Shown piece after piece: positions 17,883-26,965 of a DNA stretch of 47,065 bases. Made by a program: the position numbers and the translations under genes. Each line of letters starts with the position of its first letter. Position 1 is the stretch's first letter. Origin of the DNA: a virus (Duplodnaviria > Caudoviricetes); the IMG/VR virus record IMGVR_UViG_3300025723_001637, positions 1-47,065 of that record. The stretch is one strand, 5' to 3'. A model generated the notes under the pieces. The model saw nothing but the letters and a program-made list of their open reading frames with translations. It was not told where the DNA came from and ran no database searches.

Positions 17883-18191
17883 TCAGACTATTTCGGGCTC
17901 TAATTTAAGTTGCAGTGGATAATTTTGGCTTCTTGCAGACATAGTAACTTCTACACCTTTTTGTTCTGCAATTTCATAAGGAAGCACTGCCACTACTGCA
18001 CTGCCTTGGGTATGTATATTTTCTGTGATTTGCAACGCCGTATCTGTGGAATAACTAAACACAGTTATTAGACTTTCAATTACAAATTCTGCCGAAGTTG
18101 TGTTGTCATTGAGATATATTACTCGGAACATTGGTGGTTCTTTAATTTCGTGATTTATTTGTATTTTATTCTCTACATCCGACTGTGACAT
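17883..18191 (-). CDS. clpS: ClpS N-degron adaptor
   Basis: 'EPPMFRVIYLNDNTTSAEFVI', 'IHTQGSAVVAVLPYEIAEQK', 'YPLQLKLE'; start MSQSD after a GAGGA SD. Confidence 0.92.
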   Translation of the reverse strand: MSQSDVENKIQINHEIKEPPMFRVIYLNDNTTSAEFVIESLITVFSYSTDTALQITENIHTQGSAVVAVLPYEIAEQKGVEVTMSARSQNYPLQLKLEPEIV

Positions 18192-18216
18192 ACTGGTTCC
18201 TCTGTGATTATATCTG

Positions 18217-18240
18217 TACAGTGGGGTTACCCCCACTGTA
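18217..18240. other. Perfect 10-bp hairpin between hsp20 and clpS
   Basis: TACAGTGGGG-ttac-CCCCACTGTA, overlapping a minus-strand TAAATA. Confidence 0.65.
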
Positions 18241-18253
18241 TTTAACTTTTATA

Positions 18254-18712
18254 TTATTTTGTATATGTGATAGCAATAGTTTTTGGTTTCATTTCCTCAG
18301 GTATCTGACGTGTTAAATTAATTGTTAGTACTCCTAATTCAAGTTGTGCATCGGTGATTTCCACGTGGTCAGCCAATTGAAATTCTCTACGGAAATTTCT
18401 TTCGCTGATACCTTTGTGAAGATAAATCAAAGAGTTATCAGTATCTTGAGAAATTTCTTTTTGGTGCTGACCCTCAACAATCAAGAGATTTTTGTCTTTG
18501 GTAACTGACAAATTATCCTGGGCAAAACCTGCCACTGCAATACTAATTTTGTACTCATCGTCATTGACTTGTACAATGTCATAAGGCGGATAATTGGTGG
18601 AAGATTGTTGAGCATTGAGTCGCATCAAATCATCAAATAGATTATCAAAACCTATTCCAAATTTGTGTATTTGTGGAATATCAAAACTACGAAGCGAGAG
18701 GGTTTTTGTCAT
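18254..18712 (-). CDS. Small heat-shock protein Hsp20 (IbpA-like)
   Basis: 'IGFD', 'NYPPYDIV', 'IAVAGF', 'YLHKGISERNFRREFQLADHV', 'GVLTINL...IPEEMKPKTIAI'. Confidence 0.95.
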   Translation of the reverse strand: MTKTLSLRSFDIPQIHKFGIGFDNLFDDLMRLNAQQSSTNYPPYDIVQVNDDEYKISIAVAGFAQDNLSVTKDKNLLIVEGQHQKEISQDTDNSLIYLHKGISERNFRREFQLADHVEITDAQLELGVLTINLTRQIPEEMKPKTIAITYTK

Positions 18713-18786
18713 TTGTTTTCTCCTTTGTTAAGCAAGATGACTAAGCAGTAGACCCAACCATTGGCATCTACACAGTATTTATTATA
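18713..18786 (-). promoter_or_regulatory. hsp20 leader: TATAAT/TAAATA promoter, 5' hairpin, ROSE-like thermometer
   Basis: GTAGA...TCTAC hairpin at 18748-18771; CUU-G-CUU-aaca-AAG-GAG at 18720-18736. Confidence 0.7.
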
Positions 18787-18814
18787 CAACAAAGTCAATT
18801 ATAACAAAAGAGAA

Positions 18815-19036
18815 TTAGAACAATTTCTTTGGTAGTGTCTGTGCTTCAACTTGTTTTTTCCAACGGTTTTTGGCAGCAGATTTTTTGCGTTTTCTAGCAG
18901 TAGTGGGCTTTTCGTAAAATTCTTTGGCTCGCAGATCATTGAGCAATCCATCGTCTTGAATTTTTTTCTTAAACTTGCGTAGAGCCTTGTCTACATTGCC
19001 ATCTTTAACAATGACTGATCGACCATACAGTTTCAT
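18815..19036 (-). CDS. rpsU: Ribosomal protein bS21
   Basis: '[18 protein letters not shown]...[22 protein letters not shown]'. Confidence 0.93.
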   Translation of the reverse strand: MKLYGRSVIVKDGNVDKALRKFKKKIQDDGLLNDLRAKEFYEKPTTARKRKKSAAKNRWKKQVEAQTLPKKLF

Positions 19037-20235
19037 GAGTTTTGTTGCGCCAGTGTCATAGGAGTATTTATCAGCTCTTTATTGATAACAACCCGCAATA
19101 TATTTTGTTTTCGGTACCTTGGCAAGTCAAACATGTGTGGTAATAGCACACGTTCTAACTCAGTTTGTAGTCCACGTGCACCAGTTTTTGACTGCAATGT
19201 TCTTTCAGCAATAATATTTAGACTTTCAGGATCAAATTCCAAAGACACCCCGTCTTGACCAAACAACCATTTGTATTGACTTACAAAATTGTTCTTTATA
19301 CCAGTCAAGATATCTATTAATTGCAATTTGGTCAAATCATGTAATGTTACATGACTTCCAAATCTGCCCACAAATTCAGGTATAATACCATAACGTACCA
19401 GATCATCAGGAGACACTGTGTCAGACAACAACGATTCATTGGTGACCATGGCACCAAAGCCAATGGATGTGCCCTTTAAGCGATTTCGAACAATTGAATC
19501 AAGTCCGACGAAAGCACCACTGGCAATGAACAAAATATTGGTTGTGTCAATTTCAACAGTTTCAGCTGAGGCCGATTTTCTAGTGCCATACACAGGCACT
19601 TTACACTTGGTGCCTTCTACCAATTTTAATAGTGCCTGTTGTACTCCTTCGCCGCTGACATCTCGAGTGACTATGGCACTTTCACTTTTCCTGGCTATTT
19701 TGTCAACTTCATCAATGAATATTATGCCACGTTGACAACGATATATATCGCCATTGGCAACAGCATACAATCTTCCTACCAAACTTTCTACATCATCGCC
19801 TACATATCCTGCTTCAGTCAGCGAGGTAGCATCTGCTACCACAAAAGGAACATCTAAGTATTTGGCCACTGACTTGGCAAGTAAAGTTTTGCCTGTGCCA
19901 GTGGGCCCAATCATCAAAATATTTACTTTTTGTATTTCAATATCTAAATCCACATTTGCTATGCGTTTGTAATGATTGGCGATGGCAACTGACAGTACCA
20001 TCTTGGCAAAATCTTGTCCTATCACATACTGATCTAAAAAGTCTTTGATTTCGCTAGGATCTGGTAGTTCACTTGCAGCACCGGTATCTGCTGTGACTTT
20101 CTTTCTATCTTTCAATAAATTTTCACAAAAGTCCACGCATGAATCGCATATGGCTGCATTGTTGCCAACTATGAGTTTGACCACTTGATCTTTGTGTTTG
20201 GCACAAAAACTACAATGAACTATGGAATCTGCCAT
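19033..20235 (-). CDS. clpX: ClpX ATP-binding subunit
   Basis: C4 zinc finger (CSFC...CDSC), Walker A GPTGTGKT, '[11 protein letters not shown]', 'IFIDEVDKI', '[14 protein letters not shown]', IGF loop, 'GARGL'. Confidence 0.96.
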   Translation of the reverse strand: MADSIVHCSFCAKHKDQVVKLIVGNNAAICDSCVDFCENLLKDRKKVTADTGAASELPDPSEIKDFLDQYVIGQDFAKMVLSVAIANHYKRIANVDLDIEIQKVNILMIGPTGTGKTLLAKSVAKYLDVPFVVADATSLTEAGYVGDDVESLVGRLYAVANGDIYRCQRGIIFIDEVDKIARKSESAIVTRDVSGEGVQQALLKLVEGTKCKVPVYGTRKSASAETVEIDTTNILFIASGAFVGLDSIVRNRLKGTSIGFGAMVTNESLLSDTVSPDDLVRYGIIPEFVGRFGSHVTLHDLTKLQLIDILTGIKNNFVSQYKWLFGQDGVSLEFDPESLNIIAERTLQSKTGARGLQTELERVLLPHMFDLPRYRKQNILRVVINKELINTPMTLAQQNS

Positions 20236-20236
20236 G

Positions 20237-21706
20237 TTATGTTGTTTTAGTGTTTAGCCTATGAGCTATACCATCTTTTTCTGACTCACTTAATAGATCA
20301 GGATCATATTCTCCAGAATCTATTTGGTTTATCAAATGGTCAATATATGCTTCGTCGTACACATAACTGTCACTGACCGTTTTGTCAACTTCAATCCAGG
20401 TATTGCCATTGAATTTGTACAATACACTTGGCAAGCGATCAGTTCTCAGCCACATATCGCCTTTTTTAATCCAATCAGTAGGAAATGATGAGCCAAACCC
20501 TCGCATGACACCATTGGCTTGTGGTGCCTCGTTGTCAGCAACCAATCCCAGTTCATCATAATTGGCACGGTGTTGTTCTTTGATAAAACTATGAATCTGA
20601 TTGTGTACCCAATGGTCATGATCAATTTCATTTTCAAATTCTATCTGTGTGCCGCTAGTAGCATCTGCTACATCACAGTTTTTGTTGGGGCAAAATGGAC
20701 CTATACCAGGAGCAACAATTAGCGGCGTTCCACATTTGTAACAAGGGTCGAGAGTGGGATCTGACTCAGAGAACAACGATGATGTGGTTACTGTATTTTC
20801 TGGTGGTATAGGGATAGATTTTCTAAAAGCCTCCATGTATTCTTCTGCTGGCAGGCCATCATCTGTTTCGTAGGCTTTTTCTTCTGGCGTAGGTTTTTCA
20901 CCAACATCTGCTACATAGGGATCAGAGGTATTTTCATCCGTTTCTTTTTGTTCTCGTGCCCAACCAAAAGTCATTTGACTTGCCAACAACATAATAACTG
21001 CCAGTGGATCAAATACAATAACAATTAAGATAATGATCCAGGTAACTGCTCGTTCCAGCATTGACGCATCTGGAGCGGTACCGTAGATAAAGGCAGCGAT
21101 ATACTTAATAGGGCCAACTTCGGCATCGACCTTGCGTACTTCAGCACGTATTGGAGCCGCTTGGTCGTTAAGACTAGCAATAATTTTCTGCTGGGCCTCA
21201 ATGTCTTTGGCAAGCAAACCGCGGTCCTTTTGCTGACTCTTACGGACAGCGTTGGCCTTGTCCGCACCGCCTTCTGTTGTTGAGCGTGCCATGATCTGGT
21301 CCACCGCTTCATCCATCTGTTTAAGTTGTTTGCGGTCGGCTTCGATATTCTCTCGGGAAGTTTTGATCTTTTCATCAAAGATTGCGATTTTACTTTGAAC
21401 GTCGCCTGATACAAGATTCTGGTCATTGTGTGCTTTGGAAAGGAATCCAAAAATACCCATAGATGTGATCAGCATTAATACAATGACTGCGGTAGTCATG
21501 TAATATCGTATAAACCCAGGTGCACGTTCCCAGTTGGCTTTTAACCATGAGGCACACACAAGTTTGCCAATTTCCAGTGCTGACCCCATGATGACAATGG
21601 GCATGGCGGCCGCAGAAAAAATAGCAGTTAAGCCCACCACCGAGTAATAAATTGCTACGCCCGATATTGTTAGACCGGTGAGCAAAAGAAGATATGCTAG
21701 TATCAT
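20237..21706 (-). CDS. Membrane protein with coiled coil and zinc ribbon
   Basis: N-terminal transmembrane helices, coiled coil, a further TM 'IVIVFDPLAV', CYKC...CPNKNC, acidic C-terminus. Confidence 0.7.
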   Translation of the reverse strand: MILAYLLLLTGLTISGVAIYYSVVGLTAIFSAAAMPIVIMGSALEIGKLVCASWLKANWERAPGFIRYYMTTAVIVLMLITSMGIFGFLSKAHNDQNLVSGDVQSKIAIFDEKIKTSRENIEADRKQLKQMDEAVDQIMARSTTEGGADKANAVRKSQQKDRGLLAKDIEAQQKIIASLNDQAAPIRAEVRKVDAEVGPIKYIAAFIYGTAPDASMLERAVTWIIILIVIVFDPLAVIMLLASQMTFGWAREQKETDENTSDPYVADVGEKPTPEEKAYETDDGLPAEEYMEAFRKSIPIPPENTVTTSSLFSESDPTLDPCYKCGTPLIVAPGIGPFCPNKNCDVADATSGTQIEFENEIDHDHWVHNQIHSFIKEQHRANYDELGLVADNEAPQANGVMRGFGSSFPTDWIKKGDMWLRTDRLPSVLYKFNGNTWIEVDKTVSDSYVYDEAYIDHLINQIDSGEYDPDLLSESEKDGIAHRLNTKTT

Positions 21707-21727
21707 AAGTTAGTATTTACCGTATTT

Positions 21728-22279
21728 TTAACTCCAAACTCGATGTTTTTCTGCCACCCATTCTGACCCATCATATTCATCTATTTGCCAGTCAACATCG
21801 GCAGGAATTTCTACAATTTTTAATTTGGCATGCTCGCCACTGGCGTCAGCGCCCATTTCTTGTACCACTTTGACCAGCACAGGATCATCTCTGTCAATAT
21901 CTCGTTCCCAGTATTCATGACCACATACCATTATGAGCGGGCCTTTTTTAAATTGAGTATCCCTATCTGGTTGGTCTTCCAAGGTAAAAGCAATGCTGCT
22001 CAGTGTGAGATATTTAACTTTGGCCTCATGACTTAGACCAAACCCGCCATGCTGATCATTAATTACCACACGTCGGATACCTTTTAAATGTCTTATTAGT
22101 TCGTTGTATTCAGGATTTGATTCATCTTGATCTGGATCCATGTACTGCGAGGCCATGTCGCACATGCAGCTAAAACAAGTGGGGCAAAAAGACACTGGTA
22201 GCATACCAAAATTGCCTTCTACGCCACCTTCATCTTCTGTGTATTCGCAACTACACACACTGCAACGATGATTGGTCAT
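21728..22279 (-). CDS. Hypothetical phage protein with N-terminal Cys cluster
   Basis: CSVC...CPTCFSCMC followed by 'VVINDQHGGFGLS...KIVEIPADVDWQIDEYDG'. Confidence 0.7.
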   Translation of the reverse strand: MTNHRCSVCSCEYTEDEGGVEGNFGMLPVSFCPTCFSCMCDMASQYMDPDQDESNPEYNELIRHLKGIRRVVINDQHGGFGLSHEAKVKYLTLSSIAFTLEDQPDRDTQFKKGPLIMVCGHEYWERDIDRDDPVLVKVVQEMGADASGEHAKLKIVEIPADVDWQIDEYDGSEWVAEKHRVWS

Positions 22280-22491
22280 TTGCAAGTCTCTAGATATTGA
22301 TCAAAGACTTTTGTGGCTTCATCAAAATCCACTGCCCACACCTTGGCAAAAATTGTACCATCATTGATTTTGATATCAAACGGAATAACACCATTGAATC
22401 TAAAATCATCAGGAACTTCAGTGGTCACTGTGTATTCATTTAAATTTTTAACTCTATTAATTAATGCATCAACTATGTCCATTGTACTCAT
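22276..22491 (-). CDS. Hypothetical protein (full-length copy of a duplicated gene)
   Basis: AAGGA SD; paralog at 24083-24238. Confidence 0.75.
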   Translation of the reverse strand: MSTMDIVDALINRVKNLNEYTVTTEVPDDFRFNGVIPFDIKINDGTIFAKVWAVDFDEATKVFDQYLETCK

Positions 22492-22503
22492 TTTTTTCCT
22501 TTG

Positions 22504-24081
22504 TTAACATAAAGCCTTTTCCCACTCATTGGGATTGTATCCTTGATACAGATTAAGACGTAACCATTCATAGTAGTTTGGCATATTATCAGATACTAAA
22601 TCATGTTTCTTTTCATTGTATAAAATTGTGTGTCGGACCAGTTCATGCAGATTAGAATCCAATTTGGTTTCCAAAGACAATTTCCATCCAGCCGACAGTC
22701 CGGCCCACACAAAGTCTGCGTAAAAAATATGTCCTCCTAATGATTTGAAAAAACTATAATCTTTATTGTACATCTTATCTTTTACCAAATCCGTATGATT
22801 TAGTTGTTTCCCAAGATTGCTGCAGTATTTCCAAAAATCAGTGTCAGTGCGTTGTGTCAATGTAAAATGAACCAATAAAAATTCGTAGATATTATCAAAC
22901 ATACTACTCATCATAGAATTGTGTTTGTGCCAATTCAATGTGTTGGTTTTAAGAATTTTACTCAAACTCTTAATGGCATTAATTGTGGTAAACACCACGT
23001 TGGATTCCATTGGTTCAATGAAACCATTGCTCATTCCTATACTTATAACATTACCAGCAGCAGCGTTTTCCAGTCGCTGAGGAGTCCATCGTATAAGTCT
23101 AGGGCCAGATCTGATATCATTGGTCAATTGTGTTTTGAAATAATCTAATGCAGACAACTCGTCGGTATGTTTACTGCTGAAACAGTATCCGTTGCCCATA
23201 CGATGGTAAAGTCCAATTTGGAACCGCCAACCATTGGGTTCTGCAATGCTGTGAGTATGATTCAGCATCTCTATGGCAGGATCTTTATAATTGGTTTGAC
23301 ATACCCAAACTCTATCTATTGGATAATTATATTGTTTTTTTGCCCAACCCAGTTGATTAATCAACATACCACTTAGTCCAGTGGCATCCACAAACACATC
23401 GGCTTCAATCTGATATCCATTGTCCAAAGTCACAGACTCAACAGTGTCGCCATCATGATTTATTTTTACCACAGTAGACACAATATGATTTACACCCAAT
23501 GGAATTGCTATCTGATCACGTATAAATGCTCCAATTTTTTCCGCATTGATATGATGTGAGTGATTCCACGGGCTACTGAACAAAGACTGACCATCCTGCA
23601 TGAAACTTACATTTTTGTTCATGTAATGATAATGACTCTGAGAAAACCTATCCAAACGATCAATGACCTTGGTTCTCAGCATTTCTCCAAGGTGGTCATA
23701 GCTTTGAGTCTGACGTTGCTGACTTTTGGGTCTAAAATTTAATATACTGCGTGGTTGGTACACATCATGAAGAAAGCGATCTTCAGGAATAGGATACGTA
23801 AATCCAAAATATACAGATTCTCCTTGATTCAGCGTCCAATTAGTAAATTTGTTTCCTAGCTTGTGTACTGCGCCTATCTTGGGCATCCATTCATATTCTG
23901 GAACGCCCAACATGTTCAAAAAGTCAACAAAATGTGGACTCACTGACTCGCCTACTCCAATGATAGGAATAGATGGAGACTCAATCAAAGTTACATCTAT
24001 GTCTTTGTTAAAAGTTGCAAGATAGGCAGCTGCCATCCAGCCTGATGCTCCTCCGCCTATGATTGCCAGTTTTCTAAGCAT
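22504..24081 (-). CDS. Tryptophan halogenase-family flavoprotein
   Basis: 'IIGGGASGWMAA', 'IGVGES', 'ADVFVDATG', 'GWRFQIGL..RMGNGY', 'GFIEPMES'; start reassigned to MLRKL. Confidence 0.88.
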   Translation of the reverse strand: MLRKLAIIGGGASGWMAAAYLATFNKDIDVTLIESPSIPIIGVGESVSPHFVDFLNMLGVPEYEWMPKIGAVHKLGNKFTNWTLNQGESVYFGFTYPIPEDRFLHDVYQPRSILNFRPKSQQRQTQSYDHLGEMLRTKVIDRLDRFSQSHYHYMNKNVSFMQDGQSLFSSPWNHSHHINAEKIGAFIRDQIAIPLGVNHIVSTVVKINHDGDTVESVTLDNGYQIEADVFVDATGLSGMLINQLGWAKKQYNYPIDRVWVCQTNYKDPAIEMLNHTHSIAEPNGWRFQIGLYHRMGNGYCFSSKHTDELSALDYFKTQLTNDIRSGPRLIRWTPQRLENAAAGNVISIGMSNGFIEPMESNVVFTTINAIKSLSKILKTNTLNWHKHNSMMSSMFDNIYEFLLVHFTLTQRTDTDFWKYCSNLGKQLNHTDLVKDKMYNKDYSFFKSLGGHIFYADFVWAGLSAGWKLSLETKLDSNLHELVRHTILYNEKKHDLVSDNMPNYYEWLRLNLYQGYNPNEWEKALC

Positions 24082-24082
24082 C

Positions 24083-24238
24083 TTAGTCTTTTGGCAGACC
24101 AGTGGCTTCAGTGATGGACATATCAAAAGGTATCACACCATTAAATCTAAAGTTTTCTGGAACATCAGTGGTAATCGTATATTCATTTAGATTTTTTGCT
24201 CTGGTAATCAGCGCATCAACCATGTCTTTGTTGCTCAT
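24083..24238 (-). CDS. Truncated paralog (51 aa) of 22276-22491
   Basis: Hand-translated MSNKDMVDALITRAKNLNEYTITTDVPENFRFNGVIPFDMSITEATGLPKD; AAGGA SD. Confidence 0.75.
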   Translation of the reverse strand: MSNKDMVDALITRAKNLNEYTITTDVPENFRFNGVIPFDMSITEATGLPKD

Positions 24239-24249
24239 TGCGTATCCTT

Positions 24250-24423
24250 TTACGATTTGTCGGACTTGTTTTTATGATTGCCACTGCTTCTGCCGCGACC
24301 TTCAGACTCAATGATCCGAACAAATCCACGAATAAATTCGCCGCGCTTGTGTGGATCTAAAATCAATGCCGCTGAGCGTTTGATTTGTTTGGGTAATTTA
24401 ATTGCTTTTGAATCGTATGCCAT
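24250..24423 (-). CDS. 57-aa basic hypothetical protein
   Basis: Hand-translated MAYDSKAIKLPKQIKRSAALILDPHKRGEFIRGF...; AAGGA SD. Confidence 0.7.
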   Translation of the reverse strand: MAYDSKAIKLPKQIKRSAALILDPHKRGEFIRGFVRIIESEGRGRSSGNHKNKSDKS

Positions 24424-24436
24424 ATATTCCTTTTAG

Positions 24437-24949
24437 TTAATCTTCTTCTTTGAAATCAATGAGATTGCCATCTGCATCTGCGCAGATAATACGCTCAATG
24501 GTGCCATCTTCACTGGTAACTTCTAACGGGCCCCATACCCAAACTTCGGACTCGTCTAAAAACCAACCTTCATCTATGTCTTCCAAGGCATAAGAACCTT
24601 CTTCACTGACAAGTTCTTGAATGCGTTCAATTTCCTCTTCGTTGTCGGTGCCTTCGACAATGGTTTCGCCCCAGCATCCGCCATCGTACATTTCTACAAG
24701 TTCTGTATTTTCAATGTTTCCTGTATAGCAATTGTTTAGATCAATACTATCTTTTTTACCGCCTTCGCCACTTGAAGAAACAAATTTAAATTCTGGGAAA
24801 TTATCATCAGATGTTTCAACTGAGTATTCACAAAAACGATACCCGTCAATTACTGTAACTTTTATATCGTTATCTGGATGACGATTTAGAAAAAGTTCGC
24901 GTTGTTCGCAACTTTTCTTGTAGTGTGTTTTAACAGTCCACCATGCCAT
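24437..24949 (-). CDS. Acidic hypothetical protein
   Basis: ORF in a tightly packed minus-strand run. Confidence 0.75.
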   Translation of the reverse strand: MAWWTVKTHYKKSCEQRELFLNRHPDNDIKVTVIDGYRFCEYSVETSDDNFPEFKFVSSSGEGGKKDSIDLNNCYTGNIENTELVEMYDGGCWGETIVEGTDNEEEIERIQELVSEEGSYALEDIDEGWFLDESEVWVWGPLEVTSEDGTIERIICADADGNLIDFKEED

Positions 24950-24952
24950 AAT

Positions 24953-25144
24953 TTATTCCCTGGTCATTGATGCAGCTTCGGTGATCACTGCAATGAGATC
25001 ATCCAAGGTATTGCAAAGAATCTTTGAAGTAGCCCAATCATCTTCTTCATTCCTTCCGCCGATTTCAACCATGAAACCGTTGTCATACATGTTAACAGTA
25101 AAGTTGTCACTGACTTTTGCTAATTTATCACTAATTTTTGCCAT
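24953..25144 (-). CDS. Hypothetical protein
   Basis: ORF with AAGGA SD. Confidence 0.75.
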   Translation of the reverse strand: MAKISDKLAKVSDNFTVNMYDNGFMVEIGGRNEEDDWATSKILCNTLDDLIAVITEAASMTRE

Positions 25145-25379
25145 TTTGTTTTTCCTTTAGTTGTTTATCTAACTCTCTCCAAGCTTCTTCTTCCTCGGGT
25201 GTAATGGCCTCGTGGTCGACTTTCTTGGTTAATTGCCATGAACCGTCTTTGAGATCAGTCCACACTATTACATCTCCTTCACGCCAACCTGCTTCAGCAA
25301 GTAGGTCTTCTGGAAATGTTAATATACCATCACCTGTTGCTGAATCTTCTTCAATGGTCAATGTCCACGATTTATTCAT
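25131..25379 (-). CDS. AbrB/MazE/SpoVT-like small protein
   Basis: 'DGILTFPEDLLAEAGWREGDVIVW' swapped-hairpin pattern. Confidence 0.6.
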   Translation of the reverse strand: MNKSWTLTIEEDSATGDGILTFPEDLLAEAGWREGDVIVWTDLKDGSWQLTKKVDHEAITPEEEEAWRELDKQLKEKQNGKN

Positions 25380-25380
25380 A

Positions 25381-25485
25381 TCAAAATATCTGTAGTATAA
25401 CTGTAATAGCAATCAACATAAGTGCTATGTCACCTTCGCCGGTCAACAATGCACATAGTATACCAATGCTGAGCCAAAAAATCAC
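25381..25485 (-). CDS. Possible 34-aa membrane microprotein
   Basis: GTG start; IFWLSIGILCALLTGEGDIALMLIAITVILQIF fills the gap. Confidence 0.4.
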   Translation of the reverse strand: MIFWLSIGILCALLTGEGDIALMLIAITVILQIF

Positions 25486-25534
25486 GACGGCATACCGATC
25501 AACAGCTCAATAACAATTACTATAACTGCTTGCA

Positions 25535-26965
25535 TTACAATTTCTCCCCTGCTTCAAAACCACGGAATCTTATAAATCTTGGAAATCTCAATGAGTATGA
25601 TCCGTCTTGATTTTGAGTAACTGCATCAGCTTGTACTTCAACCACTCGACCGAGCAAATCGCCCCGGGCACTCCAATACTGATCACGATCGCTATCAGAC
25701 AAGCCACTACCAACATTAACACGTATAGCTCTATCATTGTCGACTCCTTCACAAATTATAGCACCCAACCTGCCTGCATTGCGACCAGTGCCTTCTTCGA
25801 ATCCTGTGATATTGAGGTCTACAGTTATGGTGGGTTTCCATTTCATCCAGGCACTGCTGCGTTTGCACTCATAGGGTGCATCTATATCTTTGATCATGAT
25901 ACCTTCGTAGCCTTGCTCCACACTGGCCTCGGCAAATCTACGCATGACATCATGTCCTTCGGCAGTGTCCAAATCAACTGTCATGCCTGGCATGATTCTG
26001 ATGCAGTCTGTTGTATCCAGTAGAGGCGTGTACATATCAAGCATTTCTAATCGTCTGGCCTGATTCTGTTTGTATACGCCTTCTCTAAATGCTGGCAGTG
26101 GCACAATATCAAATACATGATATACCATGCCATCTGTTTTAGCATCACTTTTGCGATGTGCTTGACGCATGAGATGTTGGAAACTTTCGCCCACAATCTC
26201 GCCATCCAACACATAGCCGACACCCTTACCGATATTAAAACTTGGTAATTTGTTTAAAAGCGGTGTCAACGCTTCAGAGATTTGTGGAAAGTTTTCAAAC
26301 GGCTTGCCGTTGCGACTGAACAAGTTTACTGTGTTACTGGTCACAACTGCCAGTACTCGCACACCATCCAACTTGACTTCCAGGCGTTTGGTGCCTTTTA
26401 GTTTGGCAGGATGATCATTTGAGTCTTGTGCCAGTTGACAACTAAACACAGGAATCTTCCATGCTGTTTTGCCCAGCACTTTGTTCAGTGTTTTTTCGCT
26501 AATACCACAGCGTAGATCTTTGATGATAACTCTGCGACACAGACCATTCCATTCATCACTGTCAAACTCTTGACTCATCTGCTCAATGGATTCTCGAGCA
26601 GCATTGCCAGTGACACTACGAAGGCGTAGGGCTTCTAATAATCCCCAAAATGAGGGCCATGGATTAGCCCGGCCTTCGAGCCCAACTGTTTCGGGAACTT
26701 GTCTTACTCCAAACACATAAAATGGATTGTAGGCCTGATAGCAGTTGAACAAAAAACATTCAGCATTGGCACTGCCTAGGCGGGCTGCCATGAGTGCTTT
26801 TTCGATTACTTTTTCTTTGTGTATTCTACTATCACTGCTTTCGAGATCGCGGATCCAATCAGCCGCCAATTTAAGTCCTTTGAATTTTTCATCGGAGAAA
26901 TCTACTCCTACGCCGTCGAGACTCATATATTTACGCTTTCCTGAAGCTGTCATAAAGGCTGGCAT
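25535..26965 (-). CDS. ATP-dependent DNA ligase
   Basis: KLDGVR, 'FSRNGK', 'LDGEI', 'YHVFD', 'EGIMIKD', 'WMKWK', 'VGSG', 'SLRFPRF'; exact start uncertain. Confidence 0.95.
   Translation of the reverse strand: MPAFMTASGKRKYMSLDGVGVDFSDEKFKGLKLAADWIRDLESSDSRIHKEKVIEKALMAARLGSANAECFLFNCYQAYNPFYVFGVRQVPETVGLEGRANPWPSFWGLLEALRLRSVTGNAARESIEQMSQEFDSDEWNGLCRRVIIKDLRCGISEKTLNKVLGKTAWKIPVFSCQLAQDSNDHPAKLKGTKRLEVKLDGVRVLAVVTSNTVNLFSRNGKPFENFPQISEALTPLLNKLPSFNIGKGVGYVLDGEIVGESFQHLMRQAHRKSDAKTDGMVYHVFDIVPLPAFREGVYKQNQARRLEMLDMYTPLLDTTDCIRIMPGMTVDLDTAEGHDVMRRFAEASVEQGYEGIMIKDIDAPYECKRSSAWMKWKPTITVDLNITGFEEGTGRNAGRLGAIICEGVDNDRAIRVNVGSGLSDSDRDQYWSARGDLLGRVVEVQADAVTQNQDGSYSLRFPRFIRFRGFEAGEKL

Noticed and set aside
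21025-21450. 141-aa overlapping alternative-frame ORF
   Set aside because: Lies inside the 489-aa gene, with no SD or recognisable motif.
25482-25535. 17-aa ORF possibly frameshift-fused to the 34-aa membrane ORF
   Set aside because: Cannot distinguish coupling, frameshift or chance without homologues.
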